This document shows, piece after piece, positions 50,956 to 64,000 of a stretch of 64,000 nt of DNA. This stretch comes from Camelus ferus. Its lineage: Eukaryota. Positions within the stretch are counted from its first letter, which is position 1, and each line of letters starts with the position of its first letter. Location: NCBI RefSeq assembly GCF_009834535.1, contig NC_045696.1:77130001-77194000 (forward strand), in the 5' to 3' direction. The notes beneath the pieces are model-generated. The model saw only the letters and a list, made by a program, of their open reading frames with translations, was not told where the DNA came from and did not search any database. A program made the position numbers and the translations under genes.

Positions 50956-53169
50956 GAATTTGGCCTTTCTCATTTTCCAAGGTATTTATTAATTATATTC
51001 TCTCCCCACAAATGAGCAGCACACAATCCTAGTCTCTCCATGCAGTGTGCAAGGCATTAATTGCAGTCCTCTGTGTACAAATACTCAACCATTGTCTTTA
51101 GCCTTTTGCCCTCACAAAACAGCCATGGAGAGCCAGTCCACCTAAACCTACTGAACTACACTGTACTGCAATTTGAGTCTTAGGCACTTCTTATATAGGC
51201 CCTAAGTCAGGAGAACAATCGTCTTATTAATCATCAAAGATCTCTCTCTTGATTTGGTAACTCAGAGGTGATCAGGACCAGCGTTCAGTGGATTAATTGG
51301 TCATCACGATAGTTGCAGCCGAATGGAAGGTCCTAGGATTGTTTGCAAGTAAGCCTCGGGTGACTAGGGCCCGTCCCCAGGCAGGTTTGGCAACCTTGGA
51401 AGATAAGATCCCTGCAGGTGTGGGATGACAGGCTCCCTGCAGCCAGGAGAACTGTCTTCTTCCTGGAGGGTGTCTGGGATGGCTGCCATCATGAGGTCGT
51501 TCAGGGAGTTTTGCTGCCTCTATCCCACCGCTGGAGAAAGAAAAGAATTAAAGAGAAATGGAGGAGGTCACAAGATACTGACCTTGGCACTCCAAACTGA
51601 TCACCTCTAAGAATATTCATTGTAGGTGGTGACACAGGAGGCTTTTCAGATTTGAGCTATGGTCAGACTCACTTCGAGTGGTTTAAGAAGTTCATCACTT
51701 TGACCTGAGTTGCTCCCTTGTTAGGAAGCAGAGGAGGATAAAAATACAATTTCCAGAAGGGGTTTTCACAACTCTCCAAGGGGTGAGGATTCACAGTTTG
51801 TCTCATTGAGCAAGGTTACAGGAAACTCATCTCATAAAAGGAGTTCAGGGTAGGTTTCACCAAGGTCAGGACTCGAGAACAGTGTGTGTTTGGAGAGCAG
51901 TCATGCCCCTGATCATCCTTATAATTAAGGTGACTTATGTGAAATAAACAAAACACTGGGTATACGTATTAGAAAAAAGCAACTGCTCTGAGTCTGCCTT
52001 TCTTGCTATCACAATAACTCAGTTAGCAAATTAGATGAAATAAACCTTGTTTTGGCTGCTTCCTTGTGATTAGGATATATGCCACATACTGAATGCTTCT
52101 CATCTGAGTTCAGAAAGTTAGACTCGTGTGTCTTAAATGTCAGACTCAATAGTTATAACACTTTCTTTTCAGCTAAACATTGTTTGCCTTTTAAAGAAAG
52201 AGTTAAAAAACACACTGATTTTTAAATTTCATGACCATACAAGAGAATTTTATCAATACCTCTTAGTTGGAGTTATTTACTTGTATACCACTTTTTTTTT
52301 TTTTTTTTTTTTTTGGTGGTGAATGGTTGACAAAGTAACGCACCCTTTCTTTGTGTCATGGAGGTGTAACTGCTCTACCACATCAAAGGCCCCGGGACTG
52401 TACCGTCAAAGTTCTCATAGTCAGCACTATGGCTGAGTATATTTCTGTGCAGAAAAAAGACAGTCATGTTTCATCAACTACTAAGACTGTCATGTTTTTC
52501 TGCCTTTCAAAGAGAAAACGCTATTGTGTTTTGTTCCCAGTGACCAAAGCGTCAACACCTTTTGTGTGTGTCATTGGGTAATGTGCCATTATCTCCCATG
52601 AAAGCTTCAGACCTGGTGTGACATCAAGCTAAAACTGGGCATTTGTTTCTAATTTGCTTACTCTTTTATATTGCATGTGCACCGAGTTGAAAAAGAAAGT
52701 GCTATATGTTGGAAGTGTACACTGACGAATTCTTAGTTTTTCAGTTAAAAAAAGGGAGGAGATTCTAAAGAGCAGAATACACATCCATGATGACATGCAA
52801 ACATTATCATTTTTAAATCTCCCCAGATATCACATAGCATGAACCAGAGATGAGAGTTTCATCATTGGAAAACTCTTTACTTCTGGTTTATGCTTCTTTT
52901 CCATTTTTTACCGATTTTACAAATATGGAAAGGAAGAAATTTGGCTCAACAGGAATATATTTAAGAAGATTTTAACTTAGTCCATTGTAAACTCCACATG
53001 AATAAATAGTGGGATGTGGTTTCTGTTAATCTTTTATAATAATTTGTCTACAAGAATGGCAAAAAAACCCAGCTTTCTTGGCACTTAGCATTTTGTGCTT
53101 GGACCCGCACGTTAATTGGGATAGAAACACATTTAGAGACAGCGATAAGAGGGTACGAAATGCTCACAT

Positions 53170-53500
53170 TAGGAGTAGTTGAGAGGACTGAGATAGATTA
53201 GAGAAGATATGATTGCTATCTTCAAATATTTTAAGAGTTGTCATGGAGAAGAGGGATTAAACTCATTATGGATAGCCCTCCAAAAGATTAGAGTTAGGAA
53301 ACATGAGTAGAAGCCATAGGGAGTTAAGTTTCAGCTCAACAGAAGGAAAATGTTGAGTTCAAATTGTCTGAGGAAGGAAGGCTGTCTCTGCAGGGTGGCA
53401 CACTGGATCAGTGGGCGGGTATGTAAGTATTTGCATTCACTTGCAAGGGGGCTCTATAGTGACATCAGGCATTGAATGAGTAGTTGGAGTGAATGTTTTT
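53170..53500 (+). mobile_element. CR1/L3 LINE 3' fragment
   Basis: gatatgattgctatcttcaaatattttaagagttgtcatggagaagagggattaaact...tttcagctcaacagaaggaaaa. Confidence 0.8.
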
Positions 53501-53689
53501 TGATTCAATAAAATATTGCTTTAATTAATATTTGCATGGTGAGTTTGATCAAAAGTTAGGTTAGTTTTTCTTTTTTAATAAAACCACCCTGTGGTGTTCT
53601 TGAGTACATCATTTGCTGCAAAAAAAGTAAACCATTAGCATAATGTAGTCATAGGGAAGGCACATCTGCCCCTTTAGGCTGAGTGTGGA

Positions 53690-53865
53690 ATCATTGAATG
53701 CAACAGGTGGATGGAGCTTTCAGAACCATTGAGTCCAATCCATTAATTGTACAAATGAGGAAACTGAGATGTAAAGAAGTGATGTGATTGGCACGAGGTC
53801 ACAGAATTAAATAGGGCTGGAATTCAAAGGCACGATTCTGATTCACAGTTAGATCTTTTTATATT
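53690..53865 (-). mobile_element. MIR/MIR3 SINE
   Basis: gagtccaatcc...acaaatgaggaaactgag...aggtcacag. Confidence 0.75.
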
Positions 53866-55778
53866 GCAAGGATTGAAAGAGATATTTGCTTTGTGCTGGA
53901 ATGCTATCAGCGACTAGAAGAATTAAATCATTCTAAAAAAGAGGTGCCCTGATTCATTGTGTGTGTGTGTGCGTATGTAAGCTTGCTCACTTAAGAGCTA
54001 GAGCCCTTTGACCTAAGGATTTTTCCCCTAATTGCTGTGATGGGTGCTTAGATCTTTGCTTCATTTTTTTATATTCAACTGGTTCTTAATTCTTGGAGGC
54101 TCCAAGTAAGATTTTAGAGGATTTCCAATTCTCAATCTCTAGTATTAAACAAAACCTTTTAATAGATTTCTGGGTTCAGATATTGTTAAAAATGAGAATA
54201 ATGTTTAAAATAGGCCAGAAAGTAAAGTAGGATTTTTTGGACCAGTCTTATTATGGATGTCAGTATGATTCTCCAAATTTCCAAACACACATACCCACAA
54301 TCTTTTACCAGAATGGGTACTCAACTACACAAGAAAGATGCCTGAATATTGTTATTGCTAAAGAAGGAAGGTTAAAGTTGTATCCTGTCAAAAGGCTTGC
54401 TGTTATAATTTCAACACTCTGGAATTCTACAACAGCTCTGTCAAATGGATTCTTTCCTGCTGAGTAGACCAAATATTTGTCTATATCCCTGGATTTTTTT
54501 TTGTGGGTTTTTTTTTTTTTTTGGTTTGTTTGTTTTGTGATTTTGTTACTAAAGTATATGTATAGCCAGAAGAGGTGATCATACTCATTGATAATATTAA
54601 AGAAAATAAAACTTTTTGAAAGCGATGGATTTATACAAATATTTCTGTGAGTGAGAAATTTGCTGGCTTTATTTCCTCTCTTGGTAGTTATAAGAGACCA
54701 AACCAATATCAAGGTGTCCTCTCCTGTTTACCTCCCTGTGTATTCCATGGTTTTCTGAGTAGATTAGAGCCAGTTTTTTACATCTGCAACTTAATGCCTG
54801 CCAAAAATTGACCATTCAGCGAGCTCATTCCCACTTTAATTGGCCACTCGCTTCTTTTTTCTGAGAACACAAGAGACCAATTGCACCTGCATTGAGCCTG
54901 ATGGAGAGTCAGAAAAGGAATATTTTAACAATTCTATTCTGGTGTGTGATTCATCCTTCTTCACAGGAGTAAAAAAGTGACATTGTCGAGTTGCAACGTG
55001 TAGAAATAGATTTGTGATTTTCTACTTGTATTTGTAATGTAAATTTTGTTGCAAAATAGAAGGTGATTTGACTCTTCAGTAACTCAGTGAATTTGTTCTT
55101 TGAATTTAACAAGCATAATCAAAAGACTTCTCTAGGCTGGTAATGCAAACTCATTGATGTGCAGGCTTAACCTTGAATACATGGAAAAATCAGGAAACAG
55201 CAAGTATAAAGCAATTAGTGTACAAACACATAAGAAAAGAGGAGCTGGTGGAATAAAGGTGACTTTGATATGAGGAAAAATACTGTAGATAAAGATTGCA
55301 TAATCTTGTTTAGATTATTATATATTTTTCTTTCTGGCAGGATAGAGTAAGTAAGATACAGCGCCTTTTGGTCAGAACAGTAAAACTTCCATCTGATGTA
55401 TTCATTAATCAAAAGCAGAGTGTGACCTGGATTGTGCAAGCCCATGGAGCATGCTTATTTCACAGAGAGATAAAGGGAAATAAGCCGAGTTGGGATGCGT
55501 AGGGGTTGTCATCATGTTTGTAAGCGTATTTTATTGGCTAAATAGAACAATTAGGTCACACTGTTCTGCTTAAAATCATTCTATAACTCTCCATGGTCTC
55601 AAAGAGAAAGTCCACGCTGCTCTAATTTGGCAAGCAAGGAGCCCTGTTCTCTGGCTGCTGCCAGCTCTCCAGCAATATCTCTCGTCAGCCCCTTCTACGG
55701 GTTTTATGATCCAGAAATGCCAAGCTGTTGGCACACAACCAGCTGTTCTTCAATTCTGTGCCTTTGGGTGATGCTGCG

Positions 55779-55994
55779 ACAAGCCAAGGAATGCTAAGGA
55801 ATACCAGGAGCTACCACAAGCTAGGAAGAAGCGAGGGAAGATTCTTTCCTGGAGACTTTGGAGGAAGGGTGGGCCCTAACTAGTACCTTGATGTTATACT
55901 TTTAGCATCCAGGACTGTGAGAGAATGAATTCTTATTGTTTTAGGCCATCCAACCTTTGGTAATTTATTGTGACAACCCTAAGCAACTAACACA
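55779..55994 (+). mobile_element. MLT1 (B/C/D-like) LTR 3' half, next to an L2 fragment (~55545-55775)
   Basis: caagccaaggaatgc...aagctaggaagaagc...accttgat...tccaggactgtgagagaatgaattc...tggtaatttattgtgacaaccctaagcaactaacaca. Confidence 0.9.
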
Positions 55995-56008
55995 ACTCCC
56001 ATGTCTCT

Positions 56009-56515
56009 TGTGACAATGAATGACGAGCTAGAGCAGCTTGATAACCAGCACTTCAGAAATGGTGACCTGATTGAAATAAAGAAGTATTTATTTGGGGTTT
56101 GTTAGGACTGTAGCCCAGAAGACACAGATTCAAGAAGCAGTTAAAGAATTGTGTTCCACTGGACTACAAAATGGGGAGGCTTATAAAGCTAAAAAAAAAA
56201 AAAAACCCACAAAGCAAAACTGTAAGATTACGTAAATTGTCTGTCAAGAATTAGGATTGAAACTGGCAAGAAGCAAGGGTGCTTGTTAAGCAAGGATTGC
56301 TTGGGGTTTGAAATGATTCCATAGTTGCAAAAGAGGGTGTACTTTGAAACCATAAACTGCAGCTATCAGCTGCTAGCAGATACTGCTTTGAAAATGGCTA
56401 GTGGTGTCCCTGAGTTTGATACAGTTCAGAAAATTCAGGCTCTCAGGGATGCAGGAATGTGTCTGAAAACATGTCCACAATGGCCACCCAGCTCCATTTT
56501 GTTTTTTAAATAACG
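56009..56515 (-). mobile_element. ERV1-class solo LTR, resembling the LTR at 34400-34850
   Basis: gtatttatttgggg...aggactgtagcccagaagacacagattcaag...ctccattttg; no clean TSD seen. Confidence 0.65.
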
Positions 56516-56519
56516 TTAA

Positions 56520-57600
56520 ATATGTCTTCAAGCCCAATAAGGATAAGGCCACTAATGACATGGGTATTTCATGAATGATGTTTTGAGCCATCCTACCAAA
56601 CTAAGAATCATGACAAGCTTAAGAGCTTGTAAAGAACAAAAGGGTATTACAGCTCCACCTTTGGTTTTTACCTTGAAACCTTATTTTACTTGCAAAGCCC
56701 TGGATTTAGCCCTTTCCATAGAGCCAAAGTGTAATGGTCACATCTTTGATTTGATAGAAAATAACTTGATCTTTCAACCCTGGAATTAGTTGGTTTTATA
56801 TATGTCTGCCAATTTTTGCTTACAATCTGGCTAGTTTCCTTATCACATCTCTTGAAATTTCTTATCAAATGAAGCTGGTTAAAACAAACAAAAACTAAGC
56901 AGTTCATGCTTCTTACATCTTGTCTGAAGTTCTCCCCAACTCTACAAGTTTATTACATACATATTCTACCTTTCACATAGTATCTCTGATGTTTTCACCA
57001 AATGTTATTCCAATACTATGGTCACTTTTTCAGCTTTTCACCACAGTTCCCACCATTTTTCCAGTCTCCTATAATCGTTTTCTTGTTGATTGTTATCTGG
57101 TCCTAAATCCATTGCTGCATATTTTCAGTTTTTGTTACAGCAATAACCCACTTCTAATCAGTTGGTTACTTTTGCCTCAAAAATGTTGTATAACCACCAC
57201 AAAACTTAGTGACTTAAGAAACAATCATGTATTCTTTTGAGTTGTCTGAGAGTCTGTTGACAAAATCTGTGCTTGACTTTACTTGGTCCAAGGCAAGTTG
57301 GGTACCAGTCTGCTGTCTCTCATTCTCCTTACATCAGTAGGCTAGCCAGGACACATCCTTCTCATGGGAAAAGCAATGTGAGAAGTCGTGCTCAACTTTT
57401 CTGTTATATTTGAAGACTCTTGGGCAAATGTCTGATGATACTCATTGATCAAAACAAGTGATAAAGTTGAGTCCCAGATAAAATACTCTGCTTATCACAA
57501 GACCAAAGGAAGACATAAGGAGAATCCCATCATCAGTATAGTAGGGAAATACACTGCTCCCATGGAGGTGAGAGTGGATATTTGCAAAACAACCTATTCT
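56520..57600 (-). mobile_element. old MaLR: internal sequence (~56520-57153) plus adjoining MLT1-type 5' LTR (~57154-57600)
   Basis: tttttgttacagcaataacccacttct (antisense MaLR internal start) followed by taaccaccacaaaacttagtgacttaagaaacaa (antisense LTR end). Confidence 0.7.
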
Positions 57601-58969
57601 ATTCTTTTGCAAAATGTGTAGGAAAATTTGGCTCATTGATAGATACTCTAAATGTCTCATCTCTTAAGGCTATGACCTGCAGGGCATAGCAGAAAAAAAA
57701 AATCACATCTATTGCTTTATATAATAGTCTTATATTTAATTATTAACTCACTCTAAGATGCGGAATACAATTCCTTATACTATTTCAAGCAGCTAAATTT
57801 AGTCTTCAAATACTTAAGGTCAATTCTCTCCATCAGATATCCAAAACTATCTCTTTGATTTACTTTTAAAAATTATCTTGATTGAATTAGATTAGTTGTA
57901 TTAAAATAAACTATTTCAGTATTTTGGCAGTGAGTTACAAGGGAAGATTTAGCCAAAGAAAAAAAGGGATGTATTGAGTTGATTGTACTGACCTTCACTT
58001 TTGCATCAGCAAATTTTGTAAAAGAGAACATTTGAGAATAATGTGCGCATGGTATATGAATCATTGACAAATATTAGCGCCAATGCTATTGGTAACTATT
58101 TGGAGTTATAGTCACAAAAGGGGAACACATGACCATTTAAAAATAAGCATGTCTTAATCTAAGGTAATAATTCTAATAAGAAACCTAAATAATAACCCTA
58201 ATGGTACATGTATTCTTGTCATTGGAAGTACATGAGGAAAGGATATAAAAAATCAGGAGTCAAAGTAAACTTCAGAATCTGATTGTTGTAAGACATGGCA
58301 AGACTAATTATTCTTTGCTGTGGGAATTAGATCTAGGTTTGAGAGCTTTTTTAAGCAAGAACACTTCTTATTAAGTCTAAAGGATATATACTAGTAGCAG
58401 AATATTGGCAGTCCATGCCTCAGTGCTTCATGAAATTTTATCTTCATTTCAACTGTTGGTTGCCAAGTGACATGATATGAAAGGGCTATAAAATCAAACA
58501 AGGTAATGATTAAAATTCTATCTTCAGTGGTCAACTTCCATGTATTTAAGTTTTCAACCAGTGATTCTGGTTTAAAATATAAATGCTTTTGGAGGAATGG
58601 ATACAGTGAGCTCTTTACATTTTGGAGTGAATGAAGCATAAGGCCATTTGGTCATTATAGTATTTGCTGCTTTGGGTGTAGGAGAGGAACTCAAAATCGG
58701 AAAAATGCGGAAAGAAAAGAGTGGGGGAATTAAGGCAAACTGCCCCAAATTGAAAATAATGATAAAAAAGAAAACACAGCTACCGTTTTGAAACTTTGAC
58801 AGACTTAAGAACTTACTGTTTTTCCCTAACCTTAAAAAAAAAAACCTATTAACAGATGACAGCTGAGTTCATTGATACTGTTATGTGCTCTGCTTGTGAT
58901 AGGTGGCCTGTGTCATTAAGTAGAACTGCTTTTTGTGGGAGATTCAGCAACCGGAGCTACAATTCCCAT

Positions 58970-59690
58970 TATTTAATGATTTCTGAGTACTCAAATCCAA
59001 TGATTAATTCCCAGTCCTCAGTTTAGTAGAACTGTCAGCAGCGTTTGACATAGTTGTTCATTCCTCTATCCTTCCACTTTATTGGCTACTGGGAGAAACA
59101 TACTGTATGGTTTTCCTCTGAAAACTGTGTGGCTGTTCCTTTTCCTTATGCTTTGATACTCCTTTCATCCTTCCATCCTACAAGTGTTGGCATGTCCCGC
59201 AGTTCAGTCTTTATACTTTTGCTTCTCTGTAATGACATTTATTTCACATATTCTATAGTTTAAATATCATTTATATGCTGATGACTTCCAAATGTATAGC
59301 CAGAGAACTCAAACCTCCTTCATGAAGTTCAGATTGTTATATCTAACTACCAACAAAAAATGTTTACTAAGAAATCTAATAGGTAACTCCAAATTAGCAT
59401 GTTCAAAAATGAATATGCAATTTCTGTACCTAGTTCTGCAACCTGATTTTCTCAGTCTTCTCTTCTTAGTAAATTGTAACTTCTTTTGTTCAGTTGTTCA
59501 ATCAAACAACACTAAGAGCTGGAATCCTTCAGGACTCCTCTTATGTTCATAGCTTATGTTGGAAATTCCTCTTGATTTTACATTCTAAGTATATTTAGAA
59601 TATGATTACTTCCCACCACTTATACAACAACATTCCTGGTCAAAGCCACCATTATCACTGGCCTGAACTGTAGAAATAGGAATTGAATTG
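58970..59690 (+). mobile_element. L2 LINE, RT-region remnant
   Basis: tcaaatccaatg...ctgtcagcagcgtttgacatagttg...tatcatttatatgctgatgacttccaaatgtata (YADD motif region)...cctggtcaaagccaccattatc. Confidence 0.88.
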
Positions 59691-60123
59691 GGGACGGTTC
59701 CTCCATTCTTGTTCTTAATACCAAAAATGTTATATGTTAAATTTATCACCACTTAAAACCTTTTTTGAGTCCTAGACAGGACTATAAGACAAGAAAGTAT
59801 GTAAGAAAGAAAATTTTGAAAGGAAGATATAAAACTGTCATTATTTGCAAGTGATGTGATTGTATAAATAGAAAATACAAAACATCTACCAAAAACTATT
59901 AGAATTACTAAGTGAATTAGCAAGGCCAATATAAAAGAATCCAAAGTCTGTATACATGTATGTATAAGGTTAGTATACAAAGGATATAAAATCTATACAC
60001 AAAGGTAAATAATATTTCAACTTATAAGCAACAGATTACAAAATAAAATTAAAATATTCTGTTTACCATAGTATGAAAACCATATTATTAAAGATACGAA
60101 AGACTTGTACATTGAAAACGGCA

Positions 60124-60242
60124 GGGGAGGGTGGTATAGCTAAGTGGTAGAGTGCATGCCTAGCATGCATGAGGTCCTGAGTTCAATTCCCAGTATCTCC
60201 ACTAAATAAATAAATTAATAAATACATGAATAAACCTAATTA

Positions 60243-60285
<43 letters not shown>
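60124..60285 (+). mobile_element. camelid tRNA-derived SINE (Vic-1-type) with (TAAA)n and (CA)n tail
   Basis: ggggagggtggtatagctaagtggtagagtgcatgcctagcatgcatgaggtcctgagttcaattcccagtatctcca; Pol III A box tagctaagtgg and B box gttcaattc; taaacctaatta; decayed TSD ttgaaaacggca/ttgaaaagagca. Confidence 0.9.
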
Positions 60286-61552
60286 GCATTTGAAAAGAGC
60301 AGAATATTTTTAAGAGAATAAATTAATAAATTTATTTAGATAAATAAATATAGAGATAGAATGACTCAATATTAGACAGGTGTCAGTGCTTGCAAATTTT
60401 ATCTGCAGACTTGGTACAATGCCAGTATAAATTCCAGCAGGTTTTCATTCTTTGAGAGAGTTTGAGTTAATATGTGTATATATCAAAATTGACAAGTAAA
60501 TGTTAAAGTTTGTATATAAATTCAAAGGATGTAGAATACAAAACAATCTTTAAAAAGAACAAGTCAAAGATTTGTATTGGTAAAGTTTTGAAAGAATGAA
60601 ATTAAGATGCTGTAATATTGGAGCAAGGGTGAGGAAATAATGAAAGAAAGCAGAAATTGCATATAAATATTCACTTGATATACAACAAAGTGCCACTGCT
60701 ATTCAGTAGGGAAAGAAGATTTTTTTGTTTTTTTAAAAACAATAATGTTGGATCAATTGGATATTCAAATGGAAGTAAGTGAAACTTAGTGTCTACTAAA
60801 CCCATACACAAAACTCAGTCACAAATGGTTTGCATATGTGAATGTATAAAGTAAATAATAAAGCTTCTATAAAAAGATATAGTAGAGTATTTTGAAGCTC
60901 CAGAGTAGGCGTAACTTTCTTAAATAGGACACAAAAAGCACTAACATTAAGAGGAAAGGATTAGATAAATTGGGCTTAATTAAAAGTAGAGATTTCTGTT
61001 TATTAAAAGACACTATTAAGAAAGTGGAAAAGCAGGTCACACACTGAGAGAGGGTATTAGCAATATATACAGAATGTAATGAGTTTCTGTATGTCAGTTT
61101 AAAAAAACAAGAAACCAAAAGTGAGCAAAAATCCTTGAATAGACACTTCAAAACGGGATATTCAAATGGCCCCTTCCCATATGAAAAGGTGCTCAACTTT
61201 GTCAGTCATCAAGAAAATGCAAATTAAAACTATGTTGCAATACTATTAACACCCTTAAAAGAATGGCTGAAATTAAAGAGCCTGATAATATCAAGTGTTA
61301 GCAAGGGCACTGTATATTTATACATTATACATTATTCCTGATACATTCTGTTTGGAGTTTAAATTGGTAAAAATCACTGTAGAAAATTCTTTAGCTGTTT
61401 CTACCAAATCCAAATACACTTACCCTATGATCAAGTAATTCTCCTCTTAGTAATATACCTGGAAAAATTAGTGCATGTGTACAAAAGAAGATATGTACTT
61501 AAAAATATTGCTGGCAGTTTTATTCATAATAATGTCAAATAGAAGCCACCAA

Positions 61553-61758
61553 GGAGGGGTTCAAGATGGTGGAGCAGAAGGACACGGAACTCACCCTCTC
61601 CCACAAATACATCTGAAATATATCTACAAATGCAATTCTCACAGAACACCTGCTGAACTTTGGCAGACGATCTTGTACAATTGGAACTACAAGGAAAATC
61701 TTCACAACATCTGGATAAACAGCAAGGTCCTATGTATAGCACAGGGAACTATATTCAA
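61553..61758 (+). mobile_element. cetartiodactyl-type L1 5' terminus (~160 nt) fused to a 3'-UTR fragment (~45 nt)
   Basis: ggggttcaagatggtggagcagaaggacacggaactcaccctctcccacaaatacatc... then ggataaacagcaaggtcctatgtatagcacagggaactatattcaa. Confidence 0.75.
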
Positions 61759-63049
61759 ATTAGTCCTTACCTCTGAGGGGAGAAGGGATGTTAAATGGGA
61801 AGAAAATTTTTGGATTACTAGAAGTATTGTATACTTGATCAGGGTGGCAGTTATATGGTGTTTACGTGTGTGTGTTGGGGGAAGGGTGTATGTAAAATTC
61901 ATCAAGATACAGGCATAATTTACTTCCTTTTTTGTGTGTTAGATTTTGATTCTAAAACAAAAAACAAAATTCCAGTGGTTTTCTATTTCACTGAGAATAA
62001 TTCAAACATTTTACTAGGGCCCCGCAAAGTCCTCCAAAATCTAGTTTGTGGCCACCTCTCTGATTTGTCACCACTCTGCACCTCACCAAGAGAGACTATC
62101 TCTGGAGGCTGTCTTTTAGGAGTTTGGAACTGGAACAAGCAAAGTATAGACTTCTGACTAGTAAATACAGATACAGAAGCTGGACAGCTGGCCTGAGAAG
62201 AGGAAAAATGTGGACAGGCACAGAAGGACCATTCAAATCCATAAAGAAGCTGCAAAAGTACCACCCCCACCTCAATAGCCTATGACCATGGAGAGCATAG
62301 ATCTTTATCCATAACAAAGCAAAGATCTCAAGGTCCTACCTCTGAGGCAAAGGCAGTTCTCACAGAAGAAGGAGAAGGCAAACATATATTACCTAGATAA
62401 TTAAAAAGTGATGGCTATGGTACTCTGTTTTCTGTTTTGACCTTTGTGTCTATAGATTCTCTTGTCCACTCTTGCCTTCACACCTGTCTCAGGTGTGCAG
62501 ATGTGCCCTGGGGGGATCTTCTGTTAGCACAGCTCATTCATTTCAAGTGATAATGATCACTTACAAACTGGTCAGACTGCCCCCAAATCCATAAGAAATG
62601 CCTTTTCATGATTATGGTAGTTGTTTGGAAGCAGTGCCAAGCTAGAGAAGATAAGGAATCTGTCCTTGAGGGGCTCACAAGATGGTGGACTGACAAGGAA
62701 ACCCACAATCACAATCGGGGTGTAAAGGGCATGAAAAGAACTCTGTTCTGATCTCTAGGTGCCACTAACCTAATGGCAAAGCAAAGGAAGAAAAGTGAAC
62801 AGGGGAACCAGATAGTTTACACGTGTACAGCAATGTAACACAATTATTGACACAAATAAACTGTTCCTGTGTTTTTGTTTTGTACTGGTTGGTTTGCTTT
62901 TCATTTAAAGAAATAATGTTTGATTTCTGTCTAAAAGCATAAAGCTTAACTGTGTAGATAAATGGTACGCAAAATAAATAGTATTTGTATTATCGTTTTT
63001 TATTGTGTAAATATGTAAAGGTTTTTGGTTATAGGGTGTTTTAATGTCC

Positions 63050-64000
63050 TGTAATGTTGGTAAATAGTATTTCTATTAATTCTGTAACAGATATACATAA
63101 AAGTTGAATGTACAGCACAGAGAGCATTTTTTTCTGACCCATTTGAGATTAACTTGCCAGCCTTGCTGTATAACACTCCAGTACTTCATCCTACAAACAA
63201 GGACGGTCTTTAATAGCACTTAGTGGCATTCAGAAGTAGTATATTGTACTTTGTTCTATAATGAGCACATTCTCCTGAGTAACCGTAATATAACCATCAA
63301 AACCAGAAAGTTAATACTGATATATTTTACCATTTAATACTCAGGTCCTATTCCAATTTTGCCAATTTCCCTAATAATGTAATTTATGAATGACAAAGGA
63401 CTCTAGTTCAGAATCACTCATTGCCTTTGGTTGCCAGTCTCCTACAATCTGCAACAGTTCTTCAATCTTCCCTTGATTTCATGACTTTGACATTTTTGAG
63501 GATTAAAGTCTAGTTGTCTTGTGGAATAGCCCTCAGTTTGCAGTTGTCTGATGTTGCCTTATATTTAGAGTCAAGCTATTTCTCATCCGCAGGAGTGTTA
63601 CAGAAATGACGCTGTGTTTTTCTCATTGTATCCTAGCTGGTGGCATATGGTTTCAGATTGTCCCATTACGGATGATGTTCACTTGGATCACTTGTTTAGG
63701 GGGATGTCTGTCAGATGACTTAACTTTAGAGCTACTTATTTTTGAAGTTCATAAGTACTATTTAGGAAGTTACTTGGAATCTATGAAAATATCTCTTCCT
63801 TTTCAAACTTTTAATGCATTCATTCTTTATAACATATGGATTCACAGTTTCTGTTTTTGTTCAGTGGGTTATAATCCACTATTATCATTTATTTTGATGC
63901 TCAGATTGTCATATGATCAATTTGAGATCCTTTAAGCTAGCTGTTCTGTCCTTTTTCCATGTTCCATTGTTCTTTGAACACTTTCTTAACTTCTTAAAAT
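63050..64000 (-). mobile_element. old L1 (L1MC4/5-like) 3' UTR, runs off the window
   Basis: ccatttgaga...cctacaaacaaggac...aaccatcaaaaccagaaagttaatactga...catgactttgacatttttgag...cagtgggttataatccactattatc. Confidence 0.8.

Larger units (their letters stand above)
59765..61965 (+). mobile_element. old L1 (L1MC/L1ME-type) ORF2 3' half and 3' UTR, carrying nested inserts at 60124 and 61553
   Basis: aaactgtcattatttgcaagtgatgtgattgtat (LSLFAxD, RT motif)...ttgaatagacacttcaaaa...atgcaaattaaaac...ttaccctatga. Confidence 0.88.

Noticed and set aside
54305..54712. 135-aa minus-strand ORF with a possible exon at ~54309-54460
   Set aside because: Partly translated from a T-run, weak splice signals and no recognisable homology
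60124..60200. tRNA-like sequence with A and B boxes
   Set aside because: It continues into a SINE body and simple-repeat tail with a decayed TSD, so it is a SINE head rather than a tRNA gene
61475..61918. Longest ORF in the window (147 aa)
   Set aside because: It crosses several L1 fragments of different origin and has no recognisable domain; a chance open frame
1..64000. Prokaryotic or viral systems (CRISPR arrays, operons, defence islands, intact retroviral genes, NUMTs)
   Set aside because: No regularly spaced repeat-spacer array, no long ORFs, and no gag/pol/env or mitochondrial-like sequence seen; the content is typical mammalian non-coding DNA

Overview
This is AT-rich, CpG-depleted mammalian genomic DNA, most likely camelid (alpaca, llama or camel). 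The assignment rests on a Vic-1-type tRNA-derived SINE at 60124 and several cetartiodactyl-type L1 3' ends, with no Alu, Bov-A/Bov-tA or PRE-1 elements seen. The window looks intergenic or deep-intronic. A large share is interspersed repeat: L1 of several ages, L2, CR1/L3, MIR, MaLR/ERVL/ERV1 solo LTRs, MER5A, MER53, MER104, MER45 and MER2-like DNA transposon fossils, plus microsatellites. I could not recognise any protein-coding gene, RNA gene, CpG-island promoter or CRISPR-like array. The listed ORFs are short and either repeat-derived or look random. I found no convincing novel biological system. The best leads are modest: (i) an L1 5'-end/3'-UTR chimera with no tail or TSD at a deletion in an older L1; (ii) a twin-primed inverted L1 nested in another L1 tail; (iii) a duplicated 17-mer containing the ZFP57 hexamer in a mildly CpG-retaining unique segment; (iv) homotypic transcription-factor motif clusters that may be enhancers; (v) a dense cluster of solo LTRs at 31.4-38 kb; (vi) weak candidate exons near the left edge. 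Repeat family names come from recalled consensus sequences, not a database search. Boundaries are approximate unless a TSD is quoted.
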